This document shows positions 18,761 through 25,779 of a stretch of DNA of 64,000 bases, in pieces. Numbering within the stretch: the first letter of the stretch is position 1; each line of letters starts with the position of its first letter. The stretch spans positions 128,001 to 192,000 of the forward strand of contig CAVRZA010000008.1 in NCBI GenBank assembly GCA_963725665.1. Direction: 5' to 3'. Origin of the DNA: an uncultured Actinomycetes bacterium. Its GTDB lineage: Bacteria; Actinomycetota; Thermoleophilia; UBA2241. The notes beneath the pieces are model-generated. The model was given only the letters and a program-made list of their open reading frames with translations, was not told the origin of the DNA and ran no database searches. The position numbers were made by a program, and so were the translations under genes.

Positions 18761-19615
18761 TCATGCGGAGCGTGTCCAGGTCGACTTCGCCCAGGCGGGC
18801 TCCACATCGACGAGGGGATGCCGGCGGACCTTTGCCGGCCGGGCCGAGGGTCTCGCCACGACAGCGGCTCCCAGCTGCCCATGGAGGAACTGGTCGAGCG
18901 ACGGCCCTATCCACGCCGCCAGCGTCTCGTGGTCGGCGCTCGCCAGGGGCTCCTGCCAGAGGAGGTAGCGGCTCACCGCGAGGCCGAGGAGCTGTGCGAA
19001 GGCCAGGCGGGCGCGAGGGTAGGCGTCGGTGGTCGGACGCTCCTCGACGAAGGGCCGGATGAGCGCGCCGAGGATGTGACCTTCCAGGGCCGCCGCGAGG
19101 CGGCGATCGCGGCAGGCGGCGCGCAGAAGCTCACGCAGGATCGGGCCGTTCTCGTCGCGCTCCCAGAACGCCAGGCAGCGGAGGACGATCTCATGGCCCG
19201 GCAGGGTGAGCGCCGCTTGTGACCAGTCGCCATCGCCGAGCGCCGACAGCACGAGCTCGGCCTTCGAGGGGAGGACCCGCTCGAGGTCCTCTGTCTCGAT
19301 GCCTGCCAGACGGGCGACGTAGGGGTAGGTCATCGCCTCGTAACCGACCTCGGCGAGAGCCTGCGCGACGACCGCGCTGGCGGCCCGGCGCACGCGGTCG
19401 TCGCGCAGGCGCCGCGTGAGACGCCGTGCAGCCTCCTCGTCGACAGGGTTGAAGGCGGACGTACCGTCGAGCCCGGGGAGGCTGCCGTTCGTCTGGCGAA
19501 GGACAACGGTCCCCTCGTCCCAGCCGTGGCTGTCCGCCTGTTGCGTCTGGGCGGACAGGGTGCACGGCCGGCCCTCCGGAGGGCGCCGCTTCGTCGGTGT
19601 GCACGGGATGCTCAT
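18761..19615 (-). CDS. TetR/AcrR-family regulator-like protein with long N-terminal extension
   Basis: LAEVGYEAMT..VARLAGI..SKAEL HTH; RARLAFAQLLGLAVSRYLL..EPLASA C-terminal pattern; SD GGAAGGA. Confidence 0.75.
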   Translation of the reverse strand: MSIPCTPTKRRPPEGRPCTLSAQTQQADSHGWDEGTVVLRQTNGSLPGLDGTSAFNPVDEEAARRLTRRLRDDRVRRAASAVVAQALAEVGYEAMTYPYVARLAGIETEDLERVLPSKAELVLSALGDGDWSQAALTLPGHEIVLRCLAFWERDENGPILRELLRAACRDRRLAAALEGHILGALIRPFVEERPTTDAYPRARLAFAQLLGLAVSRYLLWQEPLASADHETLAAWIGPSLDQFLHGQLGAAVVARPSARPAKVRRHPLVDVEPAWAKSTWTRSA

Positions 19616-19661
19616 CTCACGATCCTTCCGGTCGATGCTCTGCGTCACTCTGCACACGAAC

Positions 19662-19716
19662 GTTCTAGTCGGCGGAAATGTGGGGGGGCTGAGAGGTCGG
19701 TGGGGCAGGGCTGAGA
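19662..19716 (-). promoter_or_regulatory. TetR-like gene promoter with four half-sites
   Basis: Minus strand TCTCAG-N5-CCCCAC-N5-TCTCAG-N5-CCACAT, 10 nt, TAGAAC. Confidence 0.55.
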
Positions 19717-19802
19717 CTCCGCGCAGGGACTGTGGGCAGCGTGGCAGGGGATGACGTCCAGCCTCGCGCGGGCGAGATGCCTCTTGCTTTCTTCGTTCGA
19801 AT

Positions 19803-19857
19803 CCTCAGGGCCCTCACAGGTCGCCCAAAGGTTCTCTTCAGGGCGGGGCGCGAGAGT
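19803..19857 (+). promoter_or_regulatory. ABC operon promoter with four half-sites
   Basis: CCTCAGG-N4-TCACAGG-N4-CCAAAGG-N4-CTTCAG, 10 nt, GAGAGT. Confidence 0.6.
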
Positions 19858-19884
19858 GATGAAAAACGACCGAAGGAGTCAGGG

Positions 19885-20625
19885 GTGAGTCGTTCGGGGA
19901 CGCCTCCCGTCCCGACGAGGGGGAACGGAACAGACGTCATTCTTGACGCGGTCGGCATCGAACGCACCTACCGTCACGGCGACATCGCCTTGCCCGTCCT
20001 TTACGACCTCGACCTGCAGGTCCGCCGCGGCGAGTGGGTCGCTTGCACCGGCCGCTCCGGTTCGGGAAAGTCGACCTTGCTCAACGTGCTTGGACTCCTC
20101 GATCGTGCCGACGCGGGCTCGTACTTCCTCGCCGGCCAGGACGTCTCGGGGCTCGACGACATCGGCAGGGCTCAGCTGCGCAATCGACTGCTTGGGTTTG
20201 TCTTCCAGCTTCACAACCTGCTCCCGCGCACGAGCGCGCTCGAGAACGTGGCGACACCACTCGTCTATCGCGGCGTACGTCGGCCCGAGCGCCTGCGGCG
20301 GGCGCGTGAGGCGCTTGCTGCGGTCGGGCTCGAAGATCGCGCCGATTACGATCCCGGTCGTCTCTCAGGGGGCCAAATGCAGCGGGTGGCCATCGCACGA
20401 GCCCTGGTCGGCGACCCCGAGCTGCTACTCGTCGATGAGCCCACCGGCAACCTCGACCTCGTAGCAACCAGCGAGGTCCTCGAGCTCCTGGACCGACTCC
20501 ATGACTGGGGCCGCACCATCGTCATGATCACCCATGAGGAAGACGTCGCCGAGCACGCCGATAGGCGGCTGGTACTCGCCGATGGCAGGTTGCACGACCA
20601 CGACTCCGCGGAGGCACATCTATGA
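19885..20625 (+). CDS. MacB/LolD-type ABC transporter ATP-binding protein
   Basis: GRSGSGKS Walker A, GFVFQ.HNLL, LSGGQMQRVAIARAL, DEPTGNLD, ITH; GTG 19885 follows SD AAGGAG. Confidence 0.92.
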   Translation: MSRSGTPPVPTRGNGTDVILDAVGIERTYRHGDIALPVLYDLDLQVRRGEWVACTGRSGSGKSTLLNVLGLLDRADAGSYFLAGQDVSGLDDIGRAQLRNRLLGFVFQLHNLLPRTSALENVATPLVYRGVRRPERLRRAREALAAVGLEDRADYDPGRLSGGQMQRVAIARALVGDPELLLVDEPTGNLDLVATSEVLELLDRLHDWGRTIVMITHEEDVAEHADRRLVLADGRLHDHDSAEAHL

Positions 20626-21623
20626 AGTCATCGGACAGACGTCCGGCGAGGCCATTGGGCCAGAGCGGCCAACGAGGCTCGGGTGCAGTCGCCGTCGTCG
20701 CCCTGCTTGCTGTGACGGCGGCCGCGACCGTTGGCTGTGGCAGCTCCAGCAGTACAGCCTCGACGGGCAATCAGGGCGGTGTCCCCACCTCCATCCAGGT
20801 CGTCGCCACGGTCCAACGCGGCGATATCGTGCAGTCGGTGACCGGCAGCGCGAAGCTCGCGACCTCGAACGGCAAGACGGTTGCGGTCACACAGGTCACC
20901 CAGCAGAACGCGGCCTTTGTCGCCGTCGGCCAGAAGGCCACGGTGATGGTCGTTCGCCCGCGCACAGGGGCTCAGGGCGCCTCCGCGCTGCCCCAGCCCG
21001 GTCAGAGTGGGATGCCCCAACCGGGTCAGAGTGGGATGCCCCAACCGGGTCAGAGCGGCATGCCCCAACCGGGTCAGAGCGGCATGCCCCAACCGGGTCA
21101 GAGCGGCATGCCCCAGCCTGGTCAGAGTGGCTTTCCTGGCGGCCAGGACGGACAGGGGGGCTTCAACGGTGGTGGCTTCGGCGGGAACGCGTTCGGCGGA
21201 CTTGGCACGTCCGGCACGGTGACCAAGGTGACGAGCAACGCCGACGGCTCGGCGACGGTGACGGTCACGCTCAGCAAGAAGCCGGCCAACGCGTCAGCCG
21301 CCTCAACAGGCTTCGCGAGCATCCAGACCAAGGTACTGGCCGCCGACGTGCTGATCATCCCCACGGCCGCGATCAAGGGCAGCGGTAGCTCGGCCACCGT
21401 GCAGGTTCTGACGAGCGGCAAGACCAGCACGGTGTCGGTCGAGGTCGGCCAGCAGTCGGGCGGCGAGTCTGAGATCGTGTCGGGCCTGAGCGAGGGCCAG
21501 AACGTGGTGTACACGCGCTCGTTCCGGCGAGGCGCGTTCCCCGGCAACGGGAATGGTCCGGCTCCGGGCCAGAGCGGCGCTCCCTTCCCGCCCGGCGGTC
21601 AGTCGAACGGAGGTTCCCTGTGA
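20622..21623 (+). CDS. Lipoprotein, degenerate MacA/YknX-like adaptor with PQPGQSGM repeats
   Basis: Hydrophobic signal ending TVGC; VATVQRGDI..SVTG, VAVGQKAT, VLIIPTAAI, EIVSGLSEGQNVV adaptor motifs. Confidence 0.7.
   Translation: MKSSDRRPARPLGQSGQRGSGAVAVVALLAVTAAATVGCGSSSSTASTGNQGGVPTSIQVVATVQRGDIVQSVTGSAKLATSNGKTVAVTQVTQQNAAFVAVGQKATVMVVRPRTGAQGASALPQPGQSGMPQPGQSGMPQPGQSGMPQPGQSGMPQPGQSGMPQPGQSGFPGGQDGQGGFNGGGFGGNAFGGLGTSGTVTKVTSNADGSATVTVTLSKKPANASAASTGFASIQTKVLAADVLIIPTAAIKGSGSSATVQVLTSGKTSTVSVEVGQQSGGESEIVSGLSEGQNVVYTRSFRRGAFPGNGNGPAPGQSGAPFPPGGQSNGGSL
20991..21134 (+). repeat. In-frame 24-bp tandem repeat x6 encoding PQPGQSG(M/F)
   Basis: CCCCARCCNGGTCAGAGYGGSATG units, seen directly. 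Confidence 0.95.
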
Positions 21624-23506
21624 GCGCGAGTCAAGCCGCGGCGTCCGAGACTCTCGCTCCGGAGGCGGCCGCAGCGACCACGGCGATCGTGAAGAAGCGT
21701 AGGCGCTGGTGGATCGTCGCGATCTTCGTGATCGCCATCGCGGCCGCAGTGGCAGGTTGGTACTTCTGGTTCGGCCGCAACACGACAGCGGCTGTGCACT
21801 ACCTCACGGCTACCGCCTCCACCGGCACCATCGCCCAGTCGGTCCGAGTCGACTTCACGTTGGGCTCGACCAACGGGGTGACGACCATCGCGCTGGGTGG
21901 TTCGTCGGCCAGTAGCTCGTCGAGCAGCAGCTCCACAGGCAGCAGCTCGACGGCCAGCACTTCGGCGACCGCGAGCGTCGGTGCGACGGCGAGTCTGGCG
22001 TCCAGCCGTAAGGCAGCCGTAAGCAGCGAGAGCCTCACCACGTTCGCCGCCATGAGCACCGGTGGCGAAAGCTTGGCGGATGTCGCGGCGCCGGCAATCA
22101 CGGCCTTGATTCCAACCTACGGCCCGGTGGGTAGCAGCGTGACCATGGTCGGCAGCGGTTTCACCGGCGCTACGGCGGTCGCCTTCAACGGCCGTGCGGC
22201 AACCTTCACCGTGAACAGCGACACGCAGATCACGGCGATTGTGCCCGCCGGTGCCACAAGCGGCTCGGTCACTGTCACCGCTCCAGGCGGCACGGCCACC
22301 AGCGCGGCGAGCTTCACGGTCAAGCCCACGGTCAAGCCGACCCCGTCGAGCAGTAGCAGGCCCTCGCCCACGCCGACTTCATCGAGCAGGAGCGGCGGCG
22401 GTGGCTCGTTTAGCGGTAGCGCCAACAGCGGCGCCAGCACGACGTCAGGCAGCCTCAGCAGCGGCAGTACGTCCTCGGGGAGCAGCTCATCGGCTTCGTC
22501 CGGCCTCAGCGGAGTGGTCACCCACATCTGGCTGCGAGCCGGCGCTACGCCGCATACCCTGCAGCGCCTGCTCACCGTCTCGGGTACGCAGGTGTACGCG
22601 TTCGTGAGCCCCACGCCGCTGTGGAAGAACCTCTCCACGGATCTGGCGACGGGATCGCAGCGGGCCAACGTCGCCGCCCTGCAACGTGCCCTCAAGAAGG
22701 GCGGCTACTACACGGGCACGATCAACGGGGACTTCACATCGGCCACGGCGACCGCCTATGAGGCGTGGCAGGCCGACCATGGGATGACCAAGACGGGAGT
22801 CGTGAGCGTCACCCGCTTCGTGTGGATACCGACGGGGAGCATCATCACCTCCTGGAGCGTGAACCCGGGCAACCGGGTGAGCTCGGGAACCGCTCTGGCC
22901 TCCGTGGTCGCCCCCAACGAGCTGAGCGCCACGGCTCTTGTGAGCCAGGCCGACATCGCCAGTCTTAAGGTCGGTCAGAAGGCGCAGATGACGATCGATG
23001 GCTACACCAGCGACACGTTCACGGGGACCGTCAGCTACATCTCGAGCCAGCCGGCGTCCTCCTCCTCCGCAAGCTCGTCCAGCTCAGCGCAGTACTCGAT
23101 CACCATCAGGCCCCGCGGCCTTCCCAAGGTAGCCAAATCCGGGATGACCGGGACGCTCGAGATCGTCATCGCCCAACGCAAGAACGTGCTGCTCGTGCCC
23201 ACCAGCGCCGTGTCGGGGACGGGAACCACCTCCTATGTGCGCGTGATGATGAACGGCTCGCCCCAGTACAGGCAGGTGCAGACCGGCATGGCCACGTCGT
23301 CCTACACGCAGATAACGAGCGGGCTCACCGCCGGAGAGGTCGTGGTGACCGGCCAGTACACGAACAACGCCACGAGTGGCAGCAGCACCGGCACGAACGG
23401 CTCCAACGGTGGGGGCTTCTTCCGCCAGGGTGGTGGCGGCTTCCCGCAGGGCGGCTTCCCGCAGGGCGGCTTCCCGCAGGGCGGCTTGCCGGGCGGTGGC
23501 CAGTGA
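21620..23506 (+). CDS. Membrane-anchored MacA/YknX-like adaptor with IPT/TIG and peptidoglycan-binding domains
   Basis: KKRRR plus TM; PAITAL.P..GPVGSSVT..GSGF..FNG..SDTQIT..VPAGA (IPT/TIG); VAALQRAL..GYY.G..GDF..T..WQ (PG-binding); DIASLKVGQKA, VLLVPTSAV, SGL.AGEVVV. Confidence 0.8.
   Translation: MSASQAAASETLAPEAAAATTAIVKKRRRWWIVAIFVIAIAAAVAGWYFWFGRNTTAAVHYLTATASTGTIAQSVRVDFTLGSTNGVTTIALGGSSASSSSSSSSTGSSSTASTSATASVGATASLASSRKAAVSSESLTTFAAMSTGGESLADVAAPAITALIPTYGPVGSSVTMVGSGFTGATAVAFNGRAATFTVNSDTQITAIVPAGATSGSVTVTAPGGTATSAASFTVKPTVKPTPSSSSRPSPTPTSSSRSGGGGSFSGSANSGASTTSGSLSSGSTSSGSSSSASSGLSGVVTHIWLRAGATPHTLQRLLTVSGTQVYAFVSPTPLWKNLSTDLATGSQRANVAALQRALKKGGYYTGTINGDFTSATATAYEAWQADHGMTKTGVVSVTRFVWIPTGSIITSWSVNPGNRVSSGTALASVVAPNELSATALVSQADIASLKVGQKAQMTIDGYTSDTFTGTVSYISSQPASSSSASSSSSAQYSITIRPRGLPKVAKSGMTGTLEIVIAQRKNVLLVPTSAVSGTGTTSYVRVMMNGSPQYRQVQTGMATSSYTQITSGLTAGEVVVTGQYTNNATSGSSTGTNGSNGGGFFRQGGGGFPQGGFPQGGFPQGGLPGGGQ
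23435..23488 (+). repeat. In-frame 15-bp repeat encoding GGFPQ x3 plus a partial unit
   Basis: GGCGGCTTCCCGCAG tandem copies at the adaptor C-terminus. Confidence 0.85.
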
Positions 23507-24696
23507 TCGTCTTCCTCGAATCGCTGCGCCTGGCGTTCGCGAGCCTGCGCGCTCACCCGCTACGTGCCGTCCTGACCATCCTGGGGATCGTCATCGGTGT
23601 CGCGGCGGTGGTCGCGCTGACCTCGATCGGCTCAGGCTCCACGCGTGCCGTGGAGAACCGCTTCAACGCCTTCGGCACGGACACCATCACCGTGCAGACG
23701 AGCCGCTTCTCGTCCAACGCGACGCCGATCTCAACGAGCGATCTCGCCGCCATCAAGGCGACACCTGGGGTGAAGGGCACGGTCTACTCGGTCGACACCA
23801 GCGCGACGGTCAGGTACGGCTCGTCGACCGCCATGGAGACCGTCACGGGCACGTTCCCGCAGTTCAAGACGATCGACCACCTGACGGTCGCAGCCGGCAC
23901 CTTCTTCAGTCAGTTCGATGTCGATCACGGCCTACCCGTGGCGGTGCTCGGATCGACGGTCGCCGACGACCTCAACCTGACCCCGCTGCGCGCCGTGGGC
24001 CAGACGATCAACGTGGGTGGCGTGCAGTTCCAGGTAGTCGGCGTGCTGGCGGAGCAGGGCGGCGTGGGTTTCGCATCGGTCGACTCGAGCATCCTCGTTC
24101 CCCTGACCTCCATCGAAGGCCGGCTCGTCGCCTTCCATCCTGACATCTCCGAGGTGCGTGTGCAGGCGCAGCCCGGCTCTCAGGACACCTTCGAGGCCGC
24201 TGTCGAGAGCACACTGCGCACCCAACACAACCTGAGTGCCAGTGAGCAGAACGACTTCCAAATCGTCAACGCCAGCTCGATTGCCTCGGCGGTCTCATCC
24301 AGCACCGCTACCCTCACCAAGCTGATGGCGGCCATCGCCGCCATCAGCCTCGTCGTGGGCGGTATCGGGGTCGCCAACGTGATGCTCGTCACCGTGCGCG
24401 AACGGACGCGAGAGATCGGCGTGCGGCGCGCTGTGGGAGCGATGCGGAGAGACATCGTCGTCCAGTTCCTCGTCTACTCGATCGTGATCAGCGTGATCGG
24501 TGGCATCCTGGGTCTGGGTGCGGGCATCGCCAGCGCCTTCGTCGGTGGTTCCGCGATGAGCGTCTCGCCGGTGTTCTCCGCGACAACGGTCACGCTGGCG
24601 ATCGTCGTGGCGACCGCCGTGGGCATCCTCGCCGGCATCGGACCCGCAGCGCAGGCAGCCTCTGTGGAGCCGACCACGGCGCTGCGCTACGAGTAA
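23503..24696 (+). CDS. MacB/FtsX-family ABC permease
   Basis: RAVLTILGIVIGVAAVV, SLVVGGIGVANVM.V.V.ERTREIGVRRAVGA, ALRYE end. Confidence 0.95.
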   Translation: MIVFLESLRLAFASLRAHPLRAVLTILGIVIGVAAVVALTSIGSGSTRAVENRFNAFGTDTITVQTSRFSSNATPISTSDLAAIKATPGVKGTVYSVDTSATVRYGSSTAMETVTGTFPQFKTIDHLTVAAGTFFSQFDVDHGLPVAVLGSTVADDLNLTPLRAVGQTINVGGVQFQVVGVLAEQGGVGFASVDSSILVPLTSIEGRLVAFHPDISEVRVQAQPGSQDTFEAAVESTLRTQHNLSASEQNDFQIVNASSIASAVSSSTATLTKLMAAIAAISLVVGGIGVANVMLVTVRERTREIGVRRAVGAMRRDIVVQFLVYSIVISVIGGILGLGAGIASAFVGGSAMSVSPVFSATTVTLAIVVATAVGILAGIGPAAQAASVEPTTALRYE

Positions 24697-24734
24697 CAGG
24701 GATCTTCTGCACGTACGCTGACGCACCGGCAGGC

Positions 24735-24789
24735 ACTCACCGTCCCTTCAGCGACTTCTCAGGATCGTCTCAGGGAGTGTCCCTACCAT
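24735..24789 (+). promoter_or_regulatory. Promoter of the DUF4405-ferredoxin gene with four half-sites
   Basis: ACTCAC-N5-CTTCAG-N5-TCTCAG-N5-TCTCAG, 10 nt, TACCAT. Confidence 0.7.
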
Positions 24790-24861
24790 CCTCGTCTAAG
24801 GCCAATGGCGCGGCGGCTTAGTCTCAGGACGCCGCGGTGTAAGGATGCAGAGAAGGGAGCG

Positions 24862-25677
24862 GTGAAGTCGTCGATGAGGAGAGCGACCGTCAACTACTGG
24901 ATCGACGTCGTCATCGCTGTCGCGTTCCTGCTTAGCACCTTGACCGGCATCCTGTTCCTGCTGCCGGGGCTACGCTCAGTCTCGCCCGCGGGAGCGGTCA
25001 CCATCCTGGGCGTGAGCACCCTGACGTGGCACACGATCCACGACTGGAGTGGGGTGATCGCCGCTGCCGGGGTCATCGCGCACGTCTTGCTCCACTTGCG
25101 CTGGATCGCCACGATGACCCGCCGTATGGCCCTGCCGGAGGGCCGGGCTGCACGGCGGGTGACCACCCCACCCGCCGCGCAGCCCGGCCCCGCGACCCAG
25201 ACACAGCCGACGGTCTCGGCATCCTCGGTCGGGGTCCGTGCGGCGGGCGTCGAGCGCGACGCCGGAGACGACGACCGGCTCTCGCGGCGCACGTTTCTGC
25301 TCGGCCTGGGCGCAGCGGCCGGCGCGACGGCCTTCCTGGGAGTCACAGCTTTGCTGAAGGCTCAACCCGGAAGCGCCGCCGGGACGCAGGTGGCGAGTTC
25401 GCAACAGAGCGGCTCGGGAGGTTGGTCTCAGGGCGGCGGACAGGGCGGCGGCTCCACCCAGGGCGACGGTGGCTCGACGGGGTCGACTGACAGCGTCCAG
25501 CGGGTGATCGTCGATTCCGCGGCGTGCGTGGGCTGCGGGCGCTGCCTGGATGTCTGTCCCTACGATGTCTTCGCTTGGAACGGCGGCAAGGCAGCGGCGC
25601 AGAGTCCCGGCGCCTGCCGCCTGTGCGGCCACTGCCTGCAGGTCTGCCCGGCGGGCGCTATCACGCTGAACGGCTGA
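24862..25677 (+). CDS. DUF4405-like His-rich membrane domain + internal twin-arginine TM + 2x[4Fe-4S] ferredoxin
   Basis: NYWID..TG.L, WHTIHDWSG..IAHVLLHLRWI; LSRRTFLLG; CVGCGRCLDVCP and CRLCGHCLQVCP; start could be 24862 or 24874. Confidence 0.8.
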   Translation: MKSSMRRATVNYWIDVVIAVAFLLSTLTGILFLLPGLRSVSPAGAVTILGVSTLTWHTIHDWSGVIAAAGVIAHVLLHLRWIATMTRRMALPEGRAARRVTTPPAAQPGPATQTQPTVSASSVGVRAAGVERDAGDDDRLSRRTFLLGLGAAAGATAFLGVTALLKAQPGSAAGTQVASSQQSGSGGWSQGGGQGGGSTQGDGGSTGSTDSVQRVIVDSAACVGCGRCLDVCPYDVFAWNGGKAAAQSPGACRLCGHCLQVCPAGAITLNG

Positions 25678-25678
25678 A

Positions 25679-25712
25679 GCGGCGGCAACCGGCCTCCGCC
25701 GGTCGCCGCCGC
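25679..25712 (+). terminator. GC-rich hairpin after the ferredoxin-fusion gene
   Basis: GCGGCGGCAACCGGC-CTCC-GCCGGTCGCCGCCGC; no U-tract. Confidence 0.5.
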
Positions 25713-25779
25713 GACCGGGGCACCCTGGAGCGCCCTCGCGCTCGCGAGCGCGCCGTGAGCCGGGTATACACTCGCTGCC

